From Alphaproteobacteria bacterium (GTDB lineage: Bacteria; Pseudomonadota; Alphaproteobacteria; RF32; CAG-239): a stretch of 60,725 bases of DNA. Location: NCBI GenBank assembly GCA_045630985.1, contig JAZQTW010000058.1:1-60725 (forward strand), given 5' to 3'. This document shows, piece by piece, positions 9,432-18,851 of the stretch. Numbering within the stretch: position 1 is the first letter of the stretch; each line of letters begins with the position of its first letter. The translations under genes and the position numbers were made by a program. The notes below the pieces were generated by a model. That model was given only the letters and a program-made list of their open reading frames with translations, did not search any database and was not told the DNA's origin.

Positions 9432-10223
9432 TTATCTAGAAAAGAACATTTCAGTAATAAGGTAATTGAAAATAAGAATAAGTATAGAAGAAGATACAAC
9501 AGCGTTAGTTGTTGCATTGCCAACACCCTGCGCTCCTCCTTTAGATTTATATCCTTGATAGCACCCCATTAGCGAAATAATAAAACCAAATACAGCTGCT
9601 TTTGCTACACCTGTTGTTATATCTAAAGCTTCTAAATCATTTATCGTTGCGTTGATATAGTTTGAAGCATTAAAACCAAGTTTATAAACTCCAACAACAT
9701 ATCCACCAAAAATACCAATAACGTCCCCAATTAATACTAAAATAGGCATAACAATCAATCCTGCCCATACTCTAGGAGCTACCAAGTATTTAAAAGGATT
9801 TGTTGATAAAGTTGTAAGAGCATCTATTTGTTCTGTAACTCTCATTGTACCAATTTCAGCAGCCATTGCAGCACCAATTCTACCAGCAACCATTAATGCA
9901 GATAATACTGGAGCTAATTCTCTAGTAACAGAAATCAAAACCACGCTAGCCACCATACTCTCTGCTCCAACAGTAGCAAAACCTGAATAGCTTTGTAGAG
10001 CAATAACCATACCTGCAAAAATTGTAGTTAATCCAACTACAGGTAATGAGTAAAATCCAATATCTAACAATTGTTTAAAGAATAATTTAAAATAAAAAGG
10101 AGGAACAAAACAATGATATAAAGATTTCAACATAAAAACAGTCAAATCCCCTAAAGAGGATAGAAATTTAACCAAAGGTTTGCCTAAAGCTCTTAAGAAA
10201 ACTTCCCCTAAATGTAAAATCAT
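9432..10223 (-). CDS. mlaE: MlaE-type ABC transporter permease
   Basis: 263 aa multi-pass membrane protein with the conserved MlaE/Ttg2B core (ELAPVLSALMVAGRIGAAMAAEIGTMRVTEQIDAL). Confidence 0.85.
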   Translation of the reverse strand: MILHLGEVFLRALGKPLVKFLSSLGDLTVFMLKSLYHCFVPPFYFKLFFKQLLDIGFYSLPVVGLTTIFAGMVIALQSYSGFATVGAESMVASVVLISVTRELAPVLSALMVAGRIGAAMAAEIGTMRVTEQIDALTTLSTNPFKYLVAPRVWAGLIVMPILVLIGDVIGIFGGYVVGVYKLGFNASNYINATINDLEALDITTGVAKAAVFGFIISLMGCYQGYKSKGGAQGVGNATTNAVVSSSILILIFNYLITEMFFSR

Positions 10224-10249
10224 TTTTACCTCTAAAATATTTTTTATAG

Positions 10250-10678
10250 TTAAGAAACCATGTTATCAATTTTTACAATAATTTTACAAATTGTAGAACA
10301 ATCAAATGGATAAATCTTTAGTTTTGTTATAGATATTCCCAGAAAATTGATGTTTTCTTCTTGTGGCATCCTTTCAACATCTTCTCTTGATGCACAAAGT
10401 TCAATACATAAATCAATTTTTGATTTTTTTATATAATCAAATTCATAGATTCCAACACCTCTAACTTCTAATTTTCCTGCAATATTATCTGGGGAGGTAC
10501 CATATAAAATATTATTTTCCTTATTTAAAATAACTCTATCATCAGCTACAAGTTTTGCTCCTTTATCAATAATCATTCTAAGAGCTAAATCAGATTTTCC
10601 AAAACCGGATTTTCCTATCAAAAGAATACCAACCCCATTAAGATTTACTAATGTTGCATGAATACTATTCAAATACAA
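10250..10678 (-). CDS. hprK: short HPr kinase/phosphorylase-like protein (C-terminal catalytic half only)
   Basis: 142 aa. P-loop GKSGFGKSDLALRMI, LVADDRV, LEVRGVGI. This is the truncated form known from alphaproteobacteria. Overlaps tsaE by 14 nt. Confidence 0.75.
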   Translation of the reverse strand: MYLNSIHATLVNLNGVGILLIGKSGFGKSDLALRMIIDKGAKLVADDRVILNKENNILYGTSPDNIAGKLEVRGVGIYEFDYIKKSKIDLCIELCASREDVERMPQEENINFLGISITKLKIYPFDCSTICKIIVKIDNMVS

Positions 10679-11132
10679 TCTCCGTTAAGCGAGAAAATTG
10701 TTCATCATTACTTGCTGTTATTTCAAATAATCTAGAGTTATTATTTGTACTTATATTTATAGTCCATGTATTACTAGGAAGTAAAGGTTTAATTTTTTCT
10801 GGCCACTCAATAAGATTAACAGCATTGTAAAAAGCTTCATCTATACCTAATTCATACGCTTCTTCAAAATTATTTAGTCTGTACATATCATAATGATAAA
10901 TATCAAAATCATCAAAAGAATATGTTTGTACAAGAGTAAATGTTGGACTTGGAACATCAATATTTCCAACTAAACTTTGAATAAAATATCTAGAAAAGGT
11001 GCTTTTCCCAACCCCTAATGTACCATAAAGAGCAAAAACATCACCTTTACGACACACTTTTGCGACTAAAGATGCTAGCTTTTTTGTATCATCTTCATTT
11101 TTACACTCAAAATATTTTTTATAAGTTATCAT
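10665..11132 (-). CDS. tsaE: tRNA t6A37 biosynthesis ATPase TsaE
   Basis: 155 aa. P-loop GTLGVGKSTFSRYF and the HYDMYRL motif are typical of TsaE/YjeE. Confidence 0.85.
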   Translation of the reverse strand: MITYKKYFECKNEDDTKKLASLVAKVCRKGDVFALYGTLGVGKSTFSRYFIQSLVGNIDVPSPTFTLVQTYSFDDFDIYHYDMYRLNNFEEAYELGIDEAFYNAVNLIEWPEKIKPLLPSNTWTINISTNNNSRLFEITASNDEQFSRLTEIVFE

Positions 11133-11135
11133 TTT

Positions 11136-11954
11136 TTAAAACCAAGATTTAAAATTAAATATATTTTTATTAAATTTCTTTTTTAATTTAAAATTGTTTC
11201 TATCTTTTTTTATATTTCTCCAATCTTCAGGTAAGTAAAATGTTCCTTGCCATAAGCCAGATTGTTCAGATTGGGCTTTAACCTGATATGGTTGATAAAT
11301 ATCTGATTCATCTCTATTGGCAATACCCCAGCCAGAAGCAACTAATGCAGCGCCAATATCATAATCGCCCCATACACAAGTTGCTAAATCTTGTTCATTT
11401 GGAGAAATTTTTAGTAAATAACAATCAATATAATTATCATCTATCCAATTTCTTATCCATGAAACTGCCTCTTCTCCACAGTTATATGTAGCTTCAAATC
11501 TATCAGAACAAATTTGGTCAATATCAGGAGCATCAACGCCAAACAATCTTACATATCTTCCGTTTATATAAAGAACATTTGCGCTCAAAAAGGTAGCATT
11601 CCCACTAATTTTAGGATAAGCATCTAAAGGATTAACTTTTTTTGTAATTTTCTTTTTATCTTCAGTTTTGTTTATTTCTTGAGCTTTAGCAGTTTCATTT
11701 TTTGAAGCATCTTTAGGAAAATAAGAATTATATAAAGCAGCAGATAGCGCTAAAGCAACTAAAGTAATCCAAAAAGAGTATTTAGGTATGCCTTGCATTA
11801 TTGCTATATAGGATAAGGTTATACCTGTTAATAAAAATAGTGTACCAAATAAAATGCGCCAAAAGCCAAAACCACTAAGAAGTGTAATGCCTATAGCAAT
11901 AAGCATTAACGCAACAATACCACAAACAATTCTTTTAACCCAAAGCATATTCAA
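11136..11954 (-). CDS. membrane-anchored thermonuclease (SNase)-like protein
   Basis: 272 aa. Two to three N-terminal TM helices, a K/E-rich linker, then an SNase-like core (YINGRYVRLFGVDAPD ... YNCGEEA). Confidence 0.55.
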   Translation of the reverse strand: MNMLWVKRIVCGIVALMLIAIGITLLSGFGFWRILFGTLFLLTGITLSYIAIMQGIPKYSFWITLVALALSAALYNSYFPKDASKNETAKAQEINKTEDKKKITKKVNPLDAYPKISGNATFLSANVLYINGRYVRLFGVDAPDIDQICSDRFEATYNCGEEAVSWIRNWIDDNYIDCYLLKISPNEQDLATCVWGDYDIGAALVASGWGIANRDESDIYQPYQVKAQSEQSGLWQGTFYLPEDWRNIKKDRNNFKLKKKFNKNIFNFKSWF

Positions 11955-11957
11955 TCC

Positions 11958-13679
11958 TTAATTATATAATTGCGGTATAGGATTACTGTTTATCCTTTTA
12001 CTATATTTAATTTTATCAATCTTTTTAAAAAGATCAATAAAATTTGTATTGTTGAATAATTCTTTCGTATCAGAATATATTATTTTGTTCAAAATAGATA
12101 ACTGTTTGCTAAAATCTTCATCGTTTACTGATTTTGATACATCTGTTATATTTTTTATAGATGAATTATTAAACTTAAATTTAGCCCAAACAATCAATTC
12201 TTCTCTGGCTTTTTTATAATCATGCCTTTTTATAGCTTTTATCACATTGTTTTTATATTTGTTTTTATATTTTATTTTTCTGTAAAAAAGAATAGTTAGT
12301 ATTAATGCAAGAATAGCAATAGCATAATATATATATCTATCAAAATTAGTTATATTTTTTAAATTTGTGTTTGTTAAATTTTTTTCAGCATCTTTATTCG
12401 ATAAATCAATTGCAGTAGAGTTAATTTTTGAAATTTCTTCGTGTTTTTTCGGTTGAGGCATAATATTGGGATTACTATTAACAATAATTATTTTTTCAGG
12501 AGTAATACTTTTTTCCATTTTGTTTGTATTTATATTAAACCAATCTATTTCAATGCTTGGAATAATAATTTCTCCATTTTTATTTGGAATATACACGCTA
12601 TTAATAGTAGCTGTAGTTTCAATTAATCCTTTAGATACTTTTGATGAAAGCATAGGTTTTTCTGGATATATTTTTACATTATCAATTGGAGTAAATTTTA
12701 TTTGAGGGAAAATTGTTTCATGTAATCCACTTGCAACAATAGTAAGTGTTTGATTAAAAGCATCTCCTTGCTGTAAATTATTAATATTCTTTAATTCGGA
12801 ATTTAAAGTTAAATTAGACACAGGTAACCAATGGTCTCCTTTATAATCTGAAGGAATAGGTTTTACATTTGAAAAAGCTTCATTTGTTTGCATTTTAACA
12901 GGAACTTGTTGATTAAAAACATTATTAAATCCAAATAAGTCAAACTCATCATTAAAAGAAGGGAGTGTTAATTCATTGTTTTTTAAATAATATCCATCAA
13001 TAATAAATCTTGGATCTTTAATTTTTCCGCTTCTTTGAGGAAAACCAGCAAAAGCATAATGAATAACGTTAACATGTTTACCATTAATAACATCTTTATC
13101 TAATATAGGTGTTTCTAAAAGCGGAACAACCAACCAATCACTCTGAGATTCTTTGTTTATATTAATATTTTTTATTCTTATCCCTATACTATCATATAAA
13201 GTTACTAAAAAGGTTACTTGTTGCTGTATATAAGGATTATTTGTATCCGATGTTTGTTTTATTTGCAAAAAAGGTGCATTTGAATTATGTTTGCTATCAT
13301 CAATATATGCTGTATCTGTTGTTTCTTTAACTTCAATATCTAAGTGATTTGAAATCAAATTATCTAACTTTATTGGATGAATTTTAATTTTTCCTTCTTT
13401 TAAGGGTATAAGACCTATTCTCCATTGTTTTAGTTGTGATACATTGCCATTCACAATATTTATAGAGCGTGAAACAGAATTTGAAACTATTTGAAAATCA
13501 TTCTTTAACGCTTCTAAATCAGGATTATGATCGCTATTACCGTCATAACTAATCGTTAAATATAGAGGCTCACCACTTATTAATACATTTTTATCAGTGC
13601 TTATATTTAATTCGTAACCCAAAGCATTAAATGAAATTATTGTAAAAAATAAAGCGAGCAAAATTCTATAAATTTTCAT
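11958..13679 (-). CDS. batD: BatD-like protein
   Basis: 573 aa. Signal peptide, long beta-rich ectodomain, a single TM near the C-terminus (YIYYAIAILALILTILFY) and a short tail. Last gene of the bat string. Confidence 0.6.
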   Translation of the reverse strand: MKIYRILLALFFTIISFNALGYELNISTDKNVLISGEPLYLTISYDGNSDHNPDLEALKNDFQIVSNSVSRSINIVNGNVSQLKQWRIGLIPLKEGKIKIHPIKLDNLISNHLDIEVKETTDTAYIDDSKHNSNAPFLQIKQTSDTNNPYIQQQVTFLVTLYDSIGIRIKNININKESQSDWLVVPLLETPILDKDVINGKHVNVIHYAFAGFPQRSGKIKDPRFIIDGYYLKNNELTLPSFNDEFDLFGFNNVFNQQVPVKMQTNEAFSNVKPIPSDYKGDHWLPVSNLTLNSELKNINNLQQGDAFNQTLTIVASGLHETIFPQIKFTPIDNVKIYPEKPMLSSKVSKGLIETTATINSVYIPNKNGEIIIPSIEIDWFNINTNKMEKSITPEKIIIVNSNPNIMPQPKKHEEISKINSTAIDLSNKDAEKNLTNTNLKNITNFDRYIYYAIAILALILTILFYRKIKYKNKYKNNVIKAIKRHDYKKAREELIVWAKFKFNNSSIKNITDVSKSVNDEDFSKQLSILNKIIYSDTKELFNNTNFIDLFKKIDKIKYSKRINSNPIPQLYN

Positions 13680-15549
13680 TATTATACCTATCCTTTAAAT
13701 GTTCTTTTTTAATAAATTCTCTTAATAGTCCTCCAATATCTTCTGGAATTTCTCTATAGATACGCTGTAATGCTATTGCTTCTTCATCATATTTTTCGTC
13801 TTTATTCCCTTCTTTAGTGCTTATAACTCGAAAATCTTTAACATTATCATTATCTCTTGAGGGAGATAATTTATTTTCTTGTCGCTCAGTCTTGTCTTTA
13901 TCTAAACTAGAATCTTTTTTTTCTGATTTATTAGAGGTATCATCTAATTTACTTTCGTTATTGTCTTTATTTGTATCTGTTTGATTTTTTTCTGATTGTT
14001 CGTTTTGTTTGTTATCAGTTTTGTTATCCGATTCGCTAGAATTGTTATTGTGTTTTTGATCATTGTTTTTATTGTGTTGTTCCTGGTCTTTATCACCTTG
14101 AGACGATTGTTCTTGTTTATCACCATTATTAATATTTTCATCATTATTGCTATTTTTATCATCATTATCATTATCTTTACCATTTTCATTTTCTTTATTA
14201 TTATTGTTGTTGCTATTGTCGGATGAATTCTGTTGTTGATTATTTTCACAGTTTAACAATTCAGGTTTTTCTTTTGCTTCATTAAATAGTTTATTTAAAA
14301 TATCAATATTATATTGAGCATCTTTGTTTTGGTGATTTAGTACAAAACTTTTTTCAAATGCCTTTAGAGCTTCTTCATATTTACATAATTTTACCAAAGT
14401 AACTCCTTTATTATAAAAACCATCAGAAGATAATACATTTTCAAATTTATTTAAGGCATCTTCATATTTTTCAAGCATATATAAGCTTACACCTTGCCAA
14501 TTTTCATCTTTAAATTTATTTAATGCATCCTCATACTTACCTTGTTTGAATAAACTAAAGCCTTCTTGATTATCATTTAATAAAAATCCTGCATTAGCGT
14601 TAAAAGGCAAATAACATAAAACTAAAACAAGTAGACCTTTTCTAAAAAAGAGTAATAAACAGAGTAATGGTATAAAAACTAAGTAGTAACCAAAATCTAA
14701 ATAAATAGAACGTAAATTTTTATTTTTTTGAATGTTTTTATCATCTATTTGTGTTATTTTATCCGTTAAAGGTTTTATAGATGTATCAAAAATTCTCATA
14801 TAAACACCATTTGTAGTATCTGCTAATAATTTTAATTTATCATTACCATCATATGAAGTATCTATAATATTAATACTATATCCTAGAGCAGAAGCTTCCT
14901 TTGTTTTTTCTATCGCTAAATCAAAGCGATATCCAACATCAGATGCTAATAAAATAATATTACCTTTAGAATATCCTGCTGATTTAAATCTTTCTATAGC
15001 TAGCGATATAGCCCTATCTAATCTATCACCATTATCAGGAACAATATCAGGAACAATTTGATACAAAAGAGATTTAATTAAATTAATATCCTCAGAGATA
15101 GGAGATATAATATAAGGCTCTTCTGAGTATACTATTATACCATACTGTCCCTGTACAGAAATATTATCAGTAATATCAGAAATCATATATTTTGCTCTAT
15201 CTAATCGACTTGGTGTGACATCGGTTAATTGCATATCTTGAGCTAAACTTAAGACAAACATATTTGGATTCTCTACAGAAAAAGAATTAATTTCTATTTT
15301 TTTCCACGATGGTCCTGCAACAGATATACAAGCAAAAATAAGTCCAATATATATAAATTTTTTTAGGTTAACTTTTTTCACTCCAGTTTCATTTACTATC
15401 AAGAAATTAAGTAAATGTTTATCGCAAATTTCAAACCACGAAGATGTTTGATTAGCCTTGATCTTCTTGAGTAGTAAGCCAAATGGTATTAACAAAAACA
15501 ATAAAAACCAAGGACGTAAGAAATGAAAATTTTGAATAAAATCCATCAT
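13666..15549 (-). CDS. batB: vWA domain plus TPR protein (BatB-BatC fusion-like) with a long low-complexity tract
   Basis: 627 aa. N-terminal TMs and a vWA domain (PSRLDRAKYMISDI, ILLASDVG), a second TM, then TPR-like repeats (KYEDALNKF twice, KYEEALKAF). Followed by ~140 aa of N/D/K/Q/S-rich sequence. Confidence 0.65.
   Translation of the reverse strand: MMDFIQNFHFLRPWFLLFLLIPFGLLLKKIKANQTSSWFEICDKHLLNFLIVNETGVKKVNLKKFIYIGLIFACISVAGPSWKKIEINSFSVENPNMFVLSLAQDMQLTDVTPSRLDRAKYMISDITDNISVQGQYGIIVYSEEPYIISPISEDINLIKSLLYQIVPDIVPDNGDRLDRAISLAIERFKSAGYSKGNIILLASDVGYRFDLAIEKTKEASALGYSINIIDTSYDGNDKLKLLADTTNGVYMRIFDTSIKPLTDKITQIDDKNIQKNKNLRSIYLDFGYYLVFIPLLCLLLFFRKGLLVLVLCYLPFNANAGFLLNDNQEGFSLFKQGKYEDALNKFKDENWQGVSLYMLEKYEDALNKFENVLSSDGFYNKGVTLVKLCKYEEALKAFEKSFVLNHQNKDAQYNIDILNKLFNEAKEKPELLNCENNQQQNSSDNSNNNNNKENENGKDNDNDDKNSNNDENINNGDKQEQSSQGDKDQEQHNKNNDQKHNNNSSESDNKTDNKQNEQSEKNQTDTNKDNNESKLDDTSNKSEKKDSSLDKDKTERQENKLSPSRDNDNVKDFRVISTKEGNKDEKYDEEAIALQRIYREIPEDIGGLLREFIKKEHLKDRYNNENL
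13824..14250 (-). repeat. low-complexity coding tract (N/D/K/Q/S-rich) inside the BatB/C-like gene
   Basis: Translation reads NNQQQNSSDNSNNNNNKENENGKDNDNDDKNSNNDEN...KDNNESKLDDTSNKSEKKD. The biased AAT/GAT/AAA composition also opens spurious ORFs in two other frames (13944-14249 -, 13996-14226 +). Confidence 0.8.
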
Positions 15550-16547
15550 TTTAAATAACTCCGTGGAATAAACAACAGAAACATTGATAAAATTAAAGCA
15601 ATAGTTAAAGGAATAAAAAATAATTCTTTCTTTTTTTGAATAATATTTCCTTGAGAACTTTGAGGCTCTAATTTATTTATATTTTGGTATATATGAATAA
15701 GACTAGAAACATCTTTTGCTCTAAAATAATTGCCTTTAGTTTTATCTGCTATTTCTTTTAGACTCTTTTCATCAAGAGTTGATCTAGAAAATTTTATTAA
15801 ACCACCTAAAAAACTTTCATCAGCACCTACACCTATAGTATATATTTTTATTCCTTCTTTTTCTGCTAAATCTATTGCATCAACCATAGATAAAGCGCCA
15901 TCGTTTTGTTCCCCATCAGTAAGTAGAATAATAACTTTGTTTTTTTTATCTTTTTCGTTTTTTAGATTTTTTAAAGCAATTCCTAGTGCGTCACCGATAG
16001 ATGTTGAATTTCCAGCCATACCAGCATCTGTATTTAATAAAATATCCATAATGGCTTGTTTATCAAAAGTTAAGGGGGATTGCAGATAAGCTCTTGTTGC
16101 AAACAACACCAATCCTAACCTATCTTCTGTTCTGTTTTTTATAAAATCACTTACAACCAATTTAACAGCAGATAATCTATCTATATTTTTTCCGGATAGA
16201 TGAAAATCTGGTTGCAACATTGATGTCGATATATCTATAACAAGCATTATATCTCTATTTTCAGTTTTTATCCTATGTGGTTCTCCAATATAAATAGGAC
16301 GAGCAACAGCTATTACTAACAATATCCATAAGATAAAAAGATATATGAACTTCAAAGAAAATATAATACTATTTCCCATAGATGAATAATATTTATATTT
16401 AACAGCTGATTTTATATTTTTTATATCATTAATAAAAGGAAGTCTTATTGCATCACCATGTAACCCTTTAACTTTAGGTAACAAAGAGTAAAATATAAAA
16501 GGTAAAAGCAGGAGCCAAAATATTTCAGGGTATTCAAATTTATTCAT
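15546..16547 (-). CDS. batA: vWA domain protein BatA
   Basis: Start moved to ATG 16547. It forms an ATGA overlap with the upstream stop and has GGAG 7 nt upstream. The track start is 16565. TM helices plus a vWA domain with MIDAS DISTSM and LLTDGEQNDG. Confidence 0.75.
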   Translation of the reverse strand: MNKFEYPEIFWLLLLPFIFYSLLPKVKGLHGDAIRLPFINDIKNIKSAVKYKYYSSMGNSIIFSLKFIYLFILWILLVIAVARPIYIGEPHRIKTENRDIMLVIDISTSMLQPDFHLSGKNIDRLSAVKLVVSDFIKNRTEDRLGLVLFATRAYLQSPLTFDKQAIMDILLNTDAGMAGNSTSIGDALGIALKNLKNEKDKKNKVIILLTDGEQNDGALSMVDAIDLAEKEGIKIYTIGVGADESFLGGLIKFSRSTLDEKSLKEIADKTKGNYFRAKDVSSLIHIYQNINKLEPQSSQGNIIQKKKELFFIPLTIALILSMFLLFIPRSYLK

Positions 16548-16990
16548 AGATTGTCTCCAATCCATTTCTTACAAAAAGACTTTAATTCATTAACATATTT
16601 TGATTTAAAATTTTTTGTATTTTTATCCATAAAAGGAGCATAAATTAATAATTCTGCAGCTTCTTTTGATAATGATATGTCTTTATTTGTCAAAAATATA
16701 ACCCATTCTTTTCCATATAAAGACGCCGCTTCTTTATATTTTATTGCACAAATACGTCTTAACAAATTTGATATACTAATAACAGTATCAATTTCACTTA
16801 GTGAATCGAAATTTTTTAATTCTTTTAACGCATAATATTTTTTACTGGTTTTTATGACAAATAAAATAATTTTTATTAAAAAAAACAAACAAATTATAAA
16901 AAACAAAATAACCCACCAACCATAGGCAAGAGGGAACAAAGATACAGTATCAGGAATGTGAATATCTTTTATTTCCGGTAAGTTATTCAT
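16544..16990 (-). CDS. DUF4381-like single-pass membrane protein
   Basis: 148 aa. IPDTVSLFPLAYGWWVILFF then a helical domain. This matches my recollection of the small protein that precedes batA in bat/moxR operons. Confidence 0.5.
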   Translation of the reverse strand: MNNLPEIKDIHIPDTVSLFPLAYGWWVILFFIICLFFLIKIILFVIKTSKKYYALKELKNFDSLSEIDTVISISNLLRRICAIKYKEAASLYGKEWVIFLTNKDISLSKEAAELLIYAPFMDKNTKNFKSKYVNELKSFCKKWIGDNL

Positions 16991-17035
16991 TTTGCTCTAT
17001 CCTTAATTCGTAAAATAAATTTAAGACAAACTTAT

Positions 17036-17530
17036 TCAAATATCAAGAGTGTTTTTTATATATTGCTCTATAATAGGGGTAATTTTTTCTGCCAATTTAA
17101 TATAAACATGTTTTTTAAAGTCAATAATATGAGAGACAGCAAAATTCATATTTTCCCATTTGAATTTTTTAAATTCAGGAATTTTGGTTTTAACAGATAT
17201 CTCATCTATAGATCCCTTAAAAAAGAAAAGGGCAAAATAAATTTCTTGTCCATCAAAATAAATTCCATTTTTTTTAAATTTATCTTTGATTTCATCAGGA
17301 AACTCATAACAAATAGGCTCTTTATCAACATATACTAAGTCAACAGAAGATATATTCATTTCCTCAAAAAGCTCACGTTTAGCTGCTTGAGCTGGTGTTT
17401 CGTTTCTTTCAATTCCTCCTTGAGGAAATTGCCAGGCATCATCGTTTGATTCTACTCTAGAACCCAACAATACTTGTCCCTTTTTATTGAAAACAACAGC
17501 TCCAGCGCATGATCTATATTTTTTTTGCAA
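17036..17530 (-). CDS. rppH: RNA pyrophosphohydrolase (Nudix)
   Basis: 164 aa. TTG start with GAGGTG 5 nt upstream. Nudix box GGIERNETPAQAAKRELFEEMNI. RppH-like N-terminus YRSCAGAVVFN. Confidence 0.8.
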   Translation of the reverse strand: MQKKYRSCAGAVVFNKKGQVLLGSRVESNDDAWQFPQGGIERNETPAQAAKRELFEEMNISSVDLVYVDKEPICYEFPDEIKDKFKKNGIYFDGQEIYFALFFFKGSIDEISVKTKIPEFKKFKWENMNFAVSHIIDFKKHVYIKLAEKITPIIEQYIKNTLDI

Positions 17531-17540
17531 AATACACCTC

Positions 17541-18830
17541 TTAATTCGAGTTCGATTTAGAATAAAGAGATAAGGCTTTAACTAAATCAAGAGCTCTTAT
17601 TAACTGATAATCAGTCGATTCTTCTTTACTTTTCTCCTTTTTATCTTTTACATCTTTATCATTGGCTGTGTCATTTTTTAATGCATTATTTAACTCTGCT
17701 TCACTGATGTTTAGAGCATAAGACTCCAATACCTCAATTTTAGCTGGCTTAACAAGTATATCTGGTTCAATTCCTTTTGCTTGGATAGAACGACCAGAAG
17801 GAGTATAGTATCTGGCGGTTGTAATACGCATTGCCCCAAAATCTCTTAAAGGAATAACTGTTTGAACAGAACCTTTACCAAAAGATTTTTCACCTAAAAT
17901 AACAGCACGCCTATGGTCTTGTAATGCGCCTGCTAAAATTTCTGAAGCAGAAGCAGATCCTTCATTAATCATAACAACAATTGGTAAATCTTTAGCGATA
18001 TCACCTTCTGTTGCCATAAACTTAACAGTATCATTTTCATTTCTAGAACGAGTAGAAACTATTTCTCCTTTTTCTAAGAATAAATCAGAGACTTCAACAG
18101 CTTGATCTAATAATCCTCCAGGATTATTTCTAACATCTATAACAATTCCGAGAAGTTTATTCTTTAATTCCTTTTTAGCTTTATCAATTGCTTCAGATAT
18201 TGTTTGATCAATATCTTCACTAAAAGAAGAGATTCTAATGTAGCTTATTTCATCATTTTTAATTTCACTTTTTACAGATTGAATTTTAATTTCTTGACGT
18301 TTAATTGTGAATTCAAGAGGTTTTGAGTTTAATCGACGAATAGATAATTTAACTTTTGTACCAACTTTTCCTCTTAATTTACTTACAGCTTCATTTAAGC
18401 TCATACCAACAACTGTTTCATCATCAATATTTGTAATATAGTCTCCAGCTTTTATACCTGCTTTGGCAGCAGGTGTATCATCAATTGGTGAAACCACCTT
18501 AACAAGACCATTATCCATAGTTATCTCAATACCTAAACCACCAAATTTACCTTTGGTCTGTTCATTCATATAGTTAAAACTATCATGATCAAGATAGCTA
18601 GAATGAGGATCTAAAGAGGTTAACATGCCATTTATTGCTGATTCTATAAGTTTTTTATCAGTAACTTCTTCTACATAAGAAATTTTTGCCCTTTCCATTA
18701 CCTCCGCAAAAAGATTTAATAGTTCATATGTATCAACATCTGCTTCCGACTTTTTAGCAGCATTTACATTTGTTATATTTAGTAAAGCTGCAAATAGTAA
18801 TGAAATAAAAAATAATTTACTTTTTTTCAT
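17541..18830 (-). CDS. ctpA: carboxy-terminal processing protease (S41)
   Basis: Signal peptide, PDZ region (VVSPIDDTPAAKAGIKAGDYI), catalytic region NEGSASASEILAGALQD and GEKSFGKGSVQ. Start set to ATG 18830 (MKKSKLFF) rather than the upstream TTG at 18845. Confidence 0.9.
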   Translation of the reverse strand: MKKSKLFFISLLFAALLNITNVNAAKKSEADVDTYELLNLFAEVMERAKISYVEEVTDKKLIESAINGMLTSLDPHSSYLDHDSFNYMNEQTKGKFGGLGIEITMDNGLVKVVSPIDDTPAAKAGIKAGDYITNIDDETVVGMSLNEAVSKLRGKVGTKVKLSIRRLNSKPLEFTIKRQEIKIQSVKSEIKNDEISYIRISSFSEDIDQTISEAIDKAKKELKNKLLGIVIDVRNNPGGLLDQAVEVSDLFLEKGEIVSTRSRNENDTVKFMATEGDIAKDLPIVVMINEGSASASEILAGALQDHRRAVILGEKSFGKGSVQTVIPLRDFGAMRITTARYYTPSGRSIQAKGIEPDILVKPAKIEVLESYALNISEAELNNALKNDTANDKDVKDKKEKSKEESTDYQLIRALDLVKALSLYSKSNSN

Positions 18831-18851
18831 AATTTTTCCTATCAAATAAAA

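Noticed and set aside
13944-14249. ORFs 13944-14249 (-) and 13996-14226 (+) with I/K/N/F-rich translations.
   Set aside because: They are by-products of the AAT/GAT/AAA-biased low-complexity tract inside the BatB/C-like gene. Alternative frames of a repetitive region stay open by chance.
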